Assembly (NCBI GenBank): GCA_951406725.2 | Contig: OX597818.1 | Span: 59,954,001-60,018,000 of the forward strand | Direction: 5' to 3' | DNA: 64,000 nucleotides | Source of the DNA: Octopus vulgaris | Taxonomy: Eukaryota | In this document: piece by piece, positions 52,040-64,000 of the stretch | Numbering within the stretch: position 1 is the first letter of the stretch | Layout of the letters: each line of letters begins with the position of its first letter | Translations under genes and position numbers: made by a program | Notes under the pieces: model-generated | The model's input: only the letters and a program-made list of their open reading frames with translations | The model's database searches: none | What the model was told of the DNA's origin: nothing

Positions 52040-52509
52040 AGGAGACGGAGAAGGAAGACGGGGGAAAAAATTGCCAACGATCCACATGCAGTTACATTTT
52101 GAAGTGACCGGAAGGCAATGGGTGGAGAAGAAGTTCTAACACAGGAGAGTGTAAGAGAAGGAGGTATCTGTGTGTATGTGTGGGTATGTGCGTGCGTGCA
52201 AGTTTGTGTGTTTGTTTAATAGCATGTGTGCGTGTGTATGTGTGTGTTGCTGTGTGTGGTGTTTGTACGGTGTTGGCTGTTTATATGTGTATGTATGAGT
52301 GGACTTTGTGTCTCTTAATGTTGCAGAGACTTTGTGTCTCTTAATGTTCAGCAGCATGGCAAGAGGAGTGGTGGTCTTTTGTGGAGTTGTGTGTCTCTTC
52401 ACATGTGCGTAGAGGAACCGTCAGTAGAAAGGTGTTCGACTGGCAGTTTGAAGTATATGTAGGTGTGTGTGTATGTGCATATTAAACTATTGAAAACGTC
52501 CATCTGCTG

Positions 52510-52835
52510 AGACCCTCTTCGATCATGAATGACCAAGGGATTGCACCTAGGAAGTTACCCTCACAGGCACAAGTCTTGGCAAGGTTGTTTATGGAAGACC
52601 AGTAGTCGCCCATGCATACCGGCCTCCCCTCTCCACGCCACTAGTGTTATCCAAGGGAAAGGCAAAGGGGCCGATACAGCTTGGCACCTGTCACGTCGAA
52701 ACTCATTTCTACAGCTGAGTGAACTGGAGCAACGTGAAATAAAGTGTCTTGCTCAAGAACACAACACACAGCTCGGTCCGGAATTCGAACTCATAACCTC
52801 GCGATCGTAAGCTCGACGCTCTAAGCACTGAACCA
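52510..52835 (-). mobile_element. SINE family D body with a different tail
   Basis: GAGTTCGAATTCC B-box; TTCTTGAGCAAGACACTT..CACTCAGCTGTAGAAATGAGT shared with 40654-40901; unrelated 3' tail. Confidence 0.8.
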
Positions 52836-53040
52836 TCACAACCATGTATCAAAACATATATTCTTAACTATCAAACACACCCACTGTGTATATGTGCGCG
52901 CATGTGTATGGTTACATTGGTTGTGTATGTGCATACATGCAAAAATACGGGTATAAATGTGTGTGTGTGTGTGTGTGTGTATGAGACTAAATAGAATTGA
53001 GACATAAACAAGAATGCCTGTAGCCTTATACGTATCTTAC

Positions 53041-53112
53041 GCCGGCTAGCTCAGTCGGTAGAGCACGAGACTCTTAATCTCGGGGTCGTGGGTTCGAGCC
53101 CCACGTTGGGCA
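53041..53112 (+). tRNA. trnK-CTT: tRNA-Lys(CTT), possibly a pseudogene (1-nt deletion in 5' acceptor strand)
   Basis: GCCGGCTAGCTCAGTCGGTAGAGCACGAGA-CTCTTAA-TCTCGGGGTCGTGGGTTCGAGCCCCACGTTGGGCA is nearly identical to metazoan tRNA-Lys-CTT (GCCCGG..); TTTT at 53120-53123. Confidence 0.88.
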
Positions 53113-53126
53113 CAATATATTTTAAA

Positions 53127-53340
53127 GGCGACGAGCTGGCAGAATCGTTAGCACGCCGGGCGAAATGCGTAGCCGTATTTCATCTGAGTTCAAATTCCAC
53201 CGAGGTCGACTTTGCCTTTCATCCTTTCGGAGTCGATAAATTAAGTACCAGTTACGCACTGGAGTCGATGTAATCGACTTAATCCGTTTGTCTGTCCTTG
53301 TTTGTCGTCACTGGGGTTAGCCCCTTGTAGGTAGTAATAG
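53127..53340 (+). mobile_element. SINE family A
   Basis: Head and body; begins just after the tRNA terminator. Confidence 0.85.
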
Positions 53341-53501
53341 GTATTCGTCCAGAGTTAGTATGTCTTTGAACATGCTTTGATAAATTGAACAAAAATATAT
53401 CTGTAGCAAACGAGGATCATTCAGCTGTTGGGGCAGACGAAAATCGCAGGTAATTTGGATTTCCGTGTGGTATTAGCAAGTTTATTTATTTATTTATGAA
53501 T

Positions 53502-53783
53502 GCGCCCTTTTCAAGCCTAGCAAGGGTCATGGGCCCGGTTTCCCAGTTTCTGTGGCGTATGTGTCCCCCACTCCCAGCAGACCCGGACGCCAGTCCATCG
53601 CTGCGTTACTCAAGAAACAGGAAGAATGAGTGAGAGAAAGTTGGGGCGAAAGAGTACAACAGGGGTCGCCACCCTCCCTGCCGGAGCCTCGTGGAGCTTT
53701 AGGCGTTTTCGCTTAATAAACACACACAACGCCCGGTCTAGGAATCGAAATCGCGATCCTCAACAACTGGGACATTGCGTCTC
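53502..53783 (-). mobile_element. SINE family C with V-like tail
   Basis: Reverse-complement homology to 51582-51892. Confidence 0.85.
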
Positions 53784-53991
53784 CGTATTATCAAGTATAA
53801 GAGCGAAGTTATTTGGGTTAGTGTGTTCACTAGAGTAAGGGCTGAGTAGAAGTTCGTAGGAAGGTAGAAAAGAATGAGGAACAAGGTTAAATGAATTGGT
53901 GCACAGACAAATGAAGTAGCAGTGTGGAAGCGAGAGTTTATGGAGTTGTTTGACATGATCTTGGAGCGCAATTACAACGCATATGCATATA

Positions 53992-54092
53992 TCAGGTCAT
54001 CCCATAATTTCTGTTCGGATTTTGAATAAAGGAAACAAGTGATCAAATGTTATATTTAATTGAAATTTAATCATCAATGTACTTTCCCTGAT
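53992..54092 (-). mobile_element. Probable mariner 3' terminus
   Basis: Minus strand reads ..GKYIDD* then an AT-rich UTR ending TTATGGGATGACCTGA|TA. Confidence 0.45.
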
Positions 54093-54271
54093 TATCTATG
54101 ACTTCCTTCCATCCCCTTTCAATTCCACATTGCTCTTCCTTACCCCACCCCAACCAACCTCCCACACTGTCCCTTAAAATAGCAAACAACCCTTAGCTTC
54201 ACACAAAATTAAAAAAAGGCTGAAACAGGTCAGCTCATCTCAAATTCTTTGTAAACTCCTACATATATCCT

Positions 54272-54445
54272 ACAGGAGCAGGAGTGGCTGTGTGGTAAGT
54301 AGCTTGCTAACCAACCACATGGTTCCGGGTTCAATCCCACTGCGTGGCATCTTGGGCAAGTGTCTTCTGCTATAGCCCCGGGCCGACCAATGCCTTGTGA
54401 GTGGATTTGGTAGACGGAAACTGAAAGAAGCCTGTCGTATATATG

Positions 54446-54476
<31 letters not shown>

Positions 54477-54704
54477 GTGGGTGTTTGTGTGTCTGTGTTT
54501 GTTCCCCTAGCATTGCTTGACAACCGATGCTGGTGTGTTTACGTCCCCGTCACTTAGCGGTTCGGCAAAAAAAGACCGATAGAATAAGTACTGGGCTTAC
54601 AAAAAGAATAAGTCCCGGGGTCGAGTTGCTCGACTAAAGGCGGTGCTCCAGCATGGCCGCAGTCAAGTGGCTGAAACAAGTAAAAGAGTAAAAGAGTAAA
54701 GAGT
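54272..54704 (+). mobile_element. SINE family B, full length
   Basis: Homology to 8331-8746. Confidence 0.9.
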
Positions 54705-55122
54705 AATATCTCCTTCTGTGTATATATATATATATATACTACCAAATATGACTTTTTTTGAACTCCGAATACTTTTCTGTGTATGTATATAGATACTTCC
54801 AAACACGCATGATTTTTAATGGACTCCTAATATTTTTATTGAACTTTTTGTTTAATATTTTCTCAAGATATTTCCTTGTAAACTGTTTTTAACATTTTCT
54901 TATTATTATCAAAGAATGTATATATGTATTTTAATACTTTTGTGACAACCAGTACTTAACACAACAAAGTTTATACAAAGCTTTACATTTTACTTTTGAC
55001 AATATTTTTTTAAAAAGTGAAACCGGTCAAGTGAATAAACATCTTTAAAATTGCATTTTCAAAGCTTCTTTCATATAAATGTTCACTCGTGTGATACCTT
55101 GCAACTTCACTTTGTTATATAA

Positions 55123-55155
<33 letters not shown>

Positions 55156-55388
55156 TGTATGTATGTATGTATGTATGTATGTATGTATGTATGTATTATG
55201 TATGTATGTATTATGTATGTATGTACGTTATATACGTAGATACATACGTGTGTGAGAGTCTGAGTGGTGATGTTAGAAACACAAATGGCTGCCAATAATT
55301 ATCTACCTCCATAATCTGCTTTCAGTTTTGTATAAGAAAATGTTTAATTGGCTTTCATTATTCCTCCATTGATATTAACATTTTACGC

Positions 55389-55425
<37 letters not shown>

Positions 55426-55502
55426 CATATATATATATATATATATTCATATATATGTATATACATACATACGTCATATACATCAACGCGTATATAGATA
55501 TA

Positions 55503-55625
<123 letters not shown>

Positions 55626-55792
55626 GAAAAAAATCTATCAGAAAGGAACTCTATCTCTCTTAAAAAATATCTTTTGATAAGCATAACAAATGCACAACCG
55701 GTAAAAAGAACTTTCACCTAATTAAATACACTCTACCTTACTTAAATTATTTTGTCAGCATTTTCTTCATTTCCTTTTTTTATATATATATG

Positions 55793-55823
<31 letters not shown>

Positions 55824-55850
55824 GTATATATATGTATATATATATATATA

Positions 55851-55970
55851 TATAATCAAAATAAGCAACAAGAATAACTTTGGTAATTTGGTACGATCGT
55901 TTCACGTTACATCCTTTTATTAAATGTTTGTTAGTATTACAAGTTATTCTTGTTGCTTATTTTAATTATA
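55851..55970. repeat. Short inverted repeat with the 3' half of a hammerhead
   Basis: TATAATCAAAATAAGCAACAAGAATAACTT and its reverse complement; minus strand GAAAC-GAUC-GUA|CCAAAUUACC, homologous to 17207-17260. Confidence 0.65.
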
Positions 55971-56064
55971 ACCACCCCATGGATTTATATGGATAATACC
56001 ATACAAAAGTCTGGTGCATCTAACTTAAGTACCATATTCATTTGAATCTAAATTTTGCTGAACT

Positions 56065-56096
<32 letters not shown>

Positions 56097-56166
56097 TACA
56101 TGCATACGTGAATATATACATAAATGCTTAAATATATATATGCGAATATATATATATATATACATC

Positions 56167-56202
<36 letters not shown>

Positions 56203-56898
56203 ATATGCATCTTGATGTGCACATAGATATTTTTCATATACATGTGAGTGAATATATACATATATATGTATGTGTATATATATATCTCTCTGTGATGAAG
56301 ATATATATATATATTCATCGCACACCCACACACACATAGACACATTTTATATATTTCCAACAACTTAGAACCGCTTAAGGGTATTTCAGAATTTCAGAAT
56401 TTATATTCCCAGAATTCTTATACGACACTATACAATCTTTAGATAAATACATACTCCTAATGTCTACGATCTTGTCGTGATGCGTTGGCGATGGGGGAAA
56501 AAAATGATAAAATGGAAACTATATAAATCACACAAAATGTCATATAAGTACGTGCGTGTATGTGTGTGATTATATATTCCAATCTCATCTTATGCCATAT
56601 ATTTTGATGAATTTATTCTATCCAACCAAATGTACTTTTCCTTCTAATTCCGAAGTGTTTTTCTTCCATTTGTCTTATGGTTTTTGTTTTCAATTTCTAT
56701 TTATTTTCATGTATTTCTTTTTTTAAATACCGTTTCCGTCCAAAGTAGATTTAGGCAAAATTTCTTGTTTTCATATTCTACATATCACGATGCTAGAAAT
56801 CTATAAATATAGTATGTATTTCTCTGAGATTGTTTACTTTTTCTCACATCACTCAAGTCATGTCTGCATTATCCACATTTTATTTCACAAACATATAA

Positions 56899-56960
<62 letters not shown>

Positions 56961-56971
56961 GTGTATATATA

Positions 56972-57018
<47 letters not shown>

Positions 57019-57801
57019 GCACAAAGAGAGAGACACAAACAGACAGAGATATATTTATATATACATACGCACACACACGTATTCGATGGTCTGTATGCGT
57101 ATATGCATGTCCTCTCTGTGTGTATTTCGTTGTCTGTATGTTTAATCAAAGTAGATAAACATGTTATTCATACTTAGTTGCACAGACTAAGAAAACATGC
57201 TTTTTTTTCGAGTCTACTAATTTGTATAATTACCCTAAATGGAAATTATAATTAGTAGCTGTTCTCTAAGACTATTGAAGCGCTCGAAGAAAATACAATA
57301 ATCACAAGCTAAAATAAACAATATTAGTCGCGTCACGCTTCTTCACATCACATGGCCCTCGTCTTGGAAAGATGTATTGATCTGCAAAATACCTAATGTC
57401 TAATACACTCCAGCTGTAAATGGTCATATCGTTACCCAGGATCCGCTAATAGTTTCCCATTGAAGTTTATTGCATTTTTGAGGAACGTCACAGTGATTTG
57501 GTTTGTATCGAAATTTCAATGATATGCTATGCATGACAGATGCACGATGTAAGATCACAGTTTTTGATGCAAATTTGACCAAGCGCCACTCTTTTTTAAC
57601 ACTGCAAATATTTTGCAATTTTTCACATGGAACATTTGAGTGCAGTGTCGCAAGCAACAGGGTGGTACCGAAACACTTGTAAATGGTCATTTAAGATGGG
57701 CTAAATTGTTTCTTTGTCTTATTTGAATTATATTTTCCTTTTTGCCAGATCCATACATTCGATTTACCATTGTCATTTCTATTCACTTTTTCTTTTTCAA
57801 A

Positions 57802-57975
57802 TCATCATCATCGTTTAACGTCCGCTTTCCATGCTAGCGTGGGTTGGACGATTTTGATTGAGGACTGGCAAACCAGATAGCTGCACCAGGCTCCAATCTT
57901 GATCGACAGCTGGATGCCCTTCCTAACGCCAACCGCTCCGAGAGTGTAGTGGGTGCTTTTTACGTGCCACCGGCA
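57802..57975 (-). mobile_element. SINE 3' part with Ceph-domain-like motif and (TGA)n tail (family E)
   Basis: GGCGTTAGGAAGGGCATCCAGCTG..GCATGGAAAGCGGACGTTAAACGATGATG; the same tail occurs at 26602-26670 (+). Confidence 0.7.
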
Positions 57976-58069
57976 TATATACATATAGCCCAGTGGATAA
58001 GGCACCGGCTTCCTAAGCCGGGGATTATTGGTTCATGTCCTGTTAGAGGTAGAAAAAGTTAATATTAGG

Positions 58070-58620
58070 TGCAGGCGTGAGTGTGTGATAAGAAGCTTGC
58101 TTCTTACCACAGCAATCGGTGGGCGTTTATGTTGCCCTCATCATTACCATATCGTATATCATTTCATCTCATTATGTCCTTGTCAAGCCCGCAGCTTCCT
58201 TTCGTTGTAAGGCCAATTGTGGCCAATTGAATGAATAAATGAATAAAAGAAGCTCGCTGCTTAACCACATGGTTCTGGGTTCCGTCCCACAGTCTGGCAC
58301 CATGGGTCGATCAAAGTCTTGTGAGTGGATTTGGTAGACAGAAACTGAAAGAAGCCCGTTGTATATATGTGTGTGTAAGAGAGAGAGAGAGAAAGAGAGT
58401 GAGAGCGCACGTCTGTGTTTGTACTCCCACCATCGCTTGAGTACCGATGTTGGTGTATTTACCTCCCCGTAACCTAGCAGTTACGGAATAAAGACCAATA
58501 GATTAAGTATTAGGCTTACAAAGAATAAGTCCTGTGGTCGATTTGTTCGACTAAAGGCGGCGCTGCAGCATGGCCGCAGTCAGATGAGTGAAACAAGTAA
58601 AATATTAAAAGAATAAAAGT
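58070..58620 (+). mobile_element. SINE family B, diverged and interrupted
   Basis: Head fragments at 58070 and 58248; tail extends to 58620. Confidence 0.75.
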
Positions 58621-59637
58621 ATATATATATATACGTACATATATGTATGTATGTATGTATGTATGTATATATATATGTATGTATGTATGTATATATGTAT
58701 GTATATATGAGTTGTTTTTTATTCTTATTTCTAGCCATACTGGTGTTGAATAGCGTCCTCAGCCGCTTTAGTGACGTATATATTTTTTATTTTCGGTTGA
58801 ATAATTGCTAACAAGCCACCCTCATTTTTTTATAATTTACACCTTTACCATTTATGAAATCAGCGTATGATTTCTACGGTGAGCTTATAAGCTGACAAGG
58901 CAAGTTGAGTTTCACCCAAAACGCCGGTAAGAGCCACTGACAAGCAATAGATCTAAGAAATCACTGGTGATCTGGCAATGCCAGTTGCTTAGAGAGTTGC
59001 CTCCCTTGTCAAACAATAAGATGGTGCTTATTGTGGCTATGGCTTGTTTGGACTATTATTTCTAGCAATGCTGGTACTGAATAGCGCCCCATGGCTGGTA
59101 TTTTGAAGGAGATGGGAGTGGCATTTAAGCAAAGGGAAGGCCTCGTAGATTTAAGTTATGTAGACATAAATTTATTCGAGTTTATCTGCGAGATTATTTA
59201 TTTCCCATTCTCCATCTTCAATCCAATTATAGTTCTATTTGAGTCTTAGACAAGATGGAAACGACATGATGGGAATTATTAGATTCAAGATATAATCACA
59301 TAGCAAAGTGTAAAAAGTATGTAATTTACAAAAAAAAATTCTATAAAAAATATTCCTTATATATCCTGTAAAAATGTTAACTGTTGATGTGGCTACATCA
59401 AAAATAGCTAAACGCATAATTCTGCGCATAAAGATTCAGAAAAATATTTTGGGATAATTCTTATGAAAAATACGATTCAAAATTTCTAAAGCTTTCCCAC
59501 TGGGGTGGGAAAAACTATAGATATAAATTGTTTTTTTTAGCTAATGATTAGGGAATATAAAGATGTACTCGTGCTAGTTGCGTATACAGGTATGTTTCAC
59601 AAGGAAATTGCAATGATATAGCTTTGTCTCCGGGTGA

Positions 59638-59733
<96 letters not shown>

Positions 59734-60086
59734 ATGTATATATATAAATGGGTATATTATCGTTTACTGATGTCTTTATCCTATTGTTACTGAGTATGCT
59801 GAGAAGGTTTTATTTTCATAGCAAGTTTGTATGAAAAAAAACGGTTAGATTTTATTGTTCATACATAACTGCTTGTGGGATATAATCTGCAATAAAATCG
59901 CTGGTTTGTACTTTTACGCTGTATGCACCCGTGTTCTGCTAATAGCGATGTGACCCCATACAAGAACAACATGTTACATACACAGGTACATGCGAAGAAA
60001 GTAAATGATACACAAAGTAATAAAATACATACATTCTCACCTGTGCATATATATATGTGAGTGTGTGAGAGAGTGTATGTGTGTGC

Positions 60087-60117
<31 letters not shown>

Positions 60118-60779
60118 CGAACATATATATATATATATATAAATATATATATATACGAACATATATATATATATATAAATATATATATATATACGAACAT
60201 ATATACGTACATATATATATATGTATGTATATATATATATATATACGTACATATATACATATGTATGTATACGTAGATGCTTACGTGTATACATATACCA
60301 TAAAACATCAGGAGGTACGGGAGGTGATAAATTTGACCTCTTGGTATTTTTAGGTTATCAAGTAATTTCTTTTTTCTTTATCTCATGTCAGTTCTTCTTG
60401 TTATTTGACTTATATTAAGGATGGTGAATCTCTTAACTTCTATCTAGCACTTTATCTTAAGTGATACGGCGGTATCTATATGTGAAGAAAACATTTTCCT
60501 TATGATAATAGATTCACAATATGTTTTTTCTTGGATGTTGACGTTTTACTGACCAAATCAATGAAGGTATATTCCTCGTTCGTATCTCCTAAATTCTTAT
60601 GGTTTATATACTTCTCATGAAAATAATTTTACCGATTCGATCTCCCGGACTTCAGTGGCATAGAACTGCATTTTATTCCTCTGTATTGGATTACTATGTT
60701 GTATGATAACCGGGTCCACTAGAGGAGCTTTCTGTGATAGCCACAAAATTCTATGAATCCATAGATATATATATTTTCT

Positions 60780-60995
60780 AATTGTTTCAGTCATTTTACT
60801 GCTATCATGGTGGTGCAACACCTTGAAGAGTTTTAGTCGTAGAAACCGACCGACCTTAGGACTTATTTTTTTAAAACCTAGTACTTATTCTATCGATCTC
60901 TTTTCCCGAACCGCCAAGTTACGGAGGCGTAAACACATAAGAACCTGTTGTCAAGCGGAGTGGGGACAAACACAGACACAAAGACATACACACGT

Positions 60996-61057
<62 letters not shown>

Positions 61058-61330
61058 CTTTATTGCTCACAAGGGGCTAAACATAGAGGGGACAAACAAG
61101 GACAGACAAAGGGATTAAGTCGATTAGATCAATCCCAGTGCGTAACTGGTAATTTATTTATCGACCCCGAAAGGATGAAAGGCAAATATGTATATACAGC
61201 GGACTTCTTTCAGCTTTTCCTTCTTCTAAATCCATTCACAAGTCTTTGATCGTCCAGAGGAAATAGAAGACACTTGCTCAAGGTGCCACGCAGTGGAACT
61301 GAACCCGGAACCAGTTATTTGGGAAAGCTT
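60780..61330 (-). mobile_element. SINE family B with a family A fragment (61053-61186) in its (TA)n
   Basis: Homology to both families. Confidence 0.78.
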
Positions 61331-61855
61331 CTTTAGTGTCCCAATATACTTATTATTCACGTTGTAATACTGTTCCAAAAGAATTTTAAAAAATTACGCC
61401 TTTTCTCATCCCCAAATTTATGCTCTTGTCATCCCTTTTCCCTGCTAACCTTCTCTCCCGATTAATAACTCTTGAAGTTTTTAAGCTCCGGAAGGAAGAA
61501 TGCTTTTTTAATGCTTGCAAACGTTTGCAAAAGATTAGATGTTATCTGCCGAGGTATTCACTTGGCACGCAATTCTCATACTCTTCCATCGTTTTCTCTC
61601 ATGCATTGTGATCACAATCCAGATGTGCAGCAAACTCACTGCGTGTGACTCGTTTGTCCACTCGCTGGAGACTCGTGTTAGGAGTTACATTTCAACGGCT
61701 TTCATATCTATTTCGTCCCTCTTTAAACATTCTCATCCATTTTTGCATTTTACTCTGGTCAATGGCGTCATTACTGTAAACAACGTGTAGCCTTCTGTGA
61801 AAGTCGAACACGATACGCTTTTCATTTGTCAAATATGTTAGCATGTGTATGTGTG

Positions 61856-61892
<37 letters not shown>

Positions 61893-61981
61893 GAGAGTTC
61901 ACGAAAAAAAACAAAAGACGAAGACAGGTGGTGTACAAAACAAACGGATGTATTAGTATAACGCTCAGGAATAGAAAAAGT

Positions 61982-62017
61982 CTTTTACGTTTCGAGCCTA
62001 CGCTCTTCTACAGAAAG
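61982..62017 (-). ncRNA. Minimal hammerhead motif, A6U core variant
   Basis: CUUU-CUGUAGA-a-GAGC(guag)GCUC-GAAAC-GUA|AAAG. Confidence 0.65.
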
Positions 62018-62639
62018 GGACGCAGAAAAAAACCAAGGAGAGAAAAAAATGTGTGTAGTGGCTACCGATATGTATGTGTGGGGGTGGTGTAATTATCCAC
62101 CTAATATCTACAGATATTAATGTATTTTTTATTCAGCGTAGAGCTCATGGTTTTCCCCTCCCCTTTAAATATTTTCATCCATTTTTGTATTTTTCTCTGG
62201 TCAATGGCGTCATATCACTGTAAACAACCTGCACTATCCGGCAGTTATCACTTCTCTTTACTCAGATCATCAGAACATCATTGTTACATCAACATTTCAT
62301 CTCTGTATATACAAACAAAATTCGCACTTTATATATACAATGTATGGTAAGCTAGAACTGAAAAAAGTTACTTTGATTTGGTCAATAAAACGCAAACATC
62401 GGAGTAAATATATATTGTGAATCTATTATCATTGGGAAAATGTTTTCTTCACATATAAACACCTTCATATTACCTAAGATAAAGTTCTAGGTAGAAATTA
62501 AGATATTCAACATCCAAAACGAAAAGAAATTACAAGAGATAAAGAAAAGAAAATAATAGATAAGGTAAAAAAAAATATAACATAAAAATATAAACAAAAT
62601 ACAAAAACAAACCAAAAAAGAACGTAGCTCCAATGATGG

Positions 62640-62775
62640 ACAGAGTCAAAGACTATTAGAGAGGTTGCTAGAAGCAGCGATAATTTTAGAAAAAGTAAAT
62701 GAGTGGAAATTGAAGCGGTGAGTGTGTTAAATTAATAAGGCATTAAAACAGAGTGAATCTCCCCAGATACTATAA
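62640..62775 (+). mobile_element. Degenerate third copy of the 22447/50404 element
   Basis: CAGAGTCAAAGACTATTAGAGAGGTTGC..GCAGCGATAATTTTAG..GGTGAGTGTGTTA..CTCCCCAGA. Confidence 0.6.
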
Positions 62776-63332
62776 AAATATAGGTAAAAAATATAAAAGC
62801 TTTTTTACCAAAGTAATTACAACGGTAGGTTGGCTGGGGACAAAGCAGCTGGCGACTTAATATTTGTACAGAATTCATGGAATGCTGCTTAAAGGCTGGG
62901 AGATCAATCTAATGTCAAGAAATTGTGTTCTTTAAAAATAAACTTCTACATGAAGTCAACAAAGATTACAAAACATCTGCAAATATACTTTGAACTTTCA
63001 CGTCCCATCAGCAATACCTGAATATGCTTTCCATACAGGGTGTTACCTGGAGTGAATCAAGTACGTTTCAACACAGCATAGAAGCACACCTACACAAGCA
63101 TGTATGCATACTAATAAATGTAAATATATATACAAACACACTTACACACATACACACATGCACACACACATACATATACATACACATACACCAATAGAGA
63201 GAGACATCGACAGAGAGATTGAGAGCGAGAAGAGAGAACTTGATATACTCCAAAACACGTGCATATATACACACGCACACGCACACACATTATATGGTTT
63301 AATCATATATATACGTGTGTGTGTGTGTGTGT

Positions 63333-63371
<39 letters not shown>

Positions 63372-63464
63372 CATTTCCATGTGCTACGATGGAGGCGATG
63401 GTTATCTGTTTGGTTCTGCTGGGTATGTTGGTTTTGTTCATTCTTGATATGTCTTGAATATGTT

Positions 63465-63517
63465 TCACTGATGAACAAAAGACGTCGATAATACGTTAAT
63501 TGCGAAATTACAGGTGA
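63465..63517 (+). ncRNA. Degenerate hammerhead-like motif
   Basis: UCA-CUGAUGA-aCAA..GACGU..ACGUU..UUGc-GAAAU..UGA but no NUH triplet; the surrounding segment is bounded by (TA)n on both sides. Confidence 0.35.
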
Positions 63518-63644
63518 TCTGGAACTAAATTCTGTTTTTAAATGTCTTGCTTCGAGAGCTGCATTTGGTACGATTCGTTTATTTTTTGGTAGTAATGACT
63601 TTGAAAGTCCCTCCTAGCGTGTGGCATTTATGTGTAATAATGCC

Positions 63645-63729
<85 letters not shown>

Positions 63730-64000
63730 TAAAACTTACGGTATTATGGTTGTTTGAATGGCTAAGTGTTCTGTTATTGGGTGGGTGACCAGTGATAACA
63801 GTGTTATCGGTCACACGATTTCATTTGACACCGTTAAATTTCGCAATATGTTCCACAAAATTTGGCGTAGTAGAGTAAGGCAGTTTTAGCGTGTGTCTGT
63901 TAAAAAATTTATGATACAGGTTAGATGCAGGGACCTGTTTATCTAAAGCTTGGGAAAATGTTCCAGCTACATGTGAAGCAACATTTACACTAAAAGGAAA

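Noticed and set aside
59537-59620. CTAATGA...GAAATTGCAATG with palindromic ATTGCAAT
   Set aside because: G5 is mutated, and there is no NUH or stem I partner.

Overview
Repeat-dominated, AT-rich metazoan genomic DNA. The dense (TA)n/(CA)n/(TATG)n/(TAGA)n microsatellites and the SINE families point to a coleoid cephalopod, probably Octopus (inference). I recognise no intact host protein-coding gene; nearly all ORF-track entries are microsatellite or SINE artefacts. Supported content: one tRNA-Lys(CTT) gene with an acceptor-stem defect; about 40 copies or fragments of five modular tRNA-derived SINE types; three non-autonomous Helitrons; decayed Tc1/mariner elements; 3' remnants of CR1-, RTE-, Tx1/L1- and HERO-like LINEs; and two diverged minisatellites. 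The main result is about 17 minimal type-I hammerhead ribozyme motifs (CUGANGA-stem II-GAAA-palindromic mini stem III-NUH), found by eye on both strands. They lie in short non-coding elements that are often inverted duplications and often embedded in (TA)n, as expected for Penelope-like pLTR or retrozyme elements. They include natural compensatory core variants (C3:G8, U3:A8, G3:C8). One family fuses a Pol III tRNA-like head to a hammerhead. All ribozyme calls are manual folds with no activity data.
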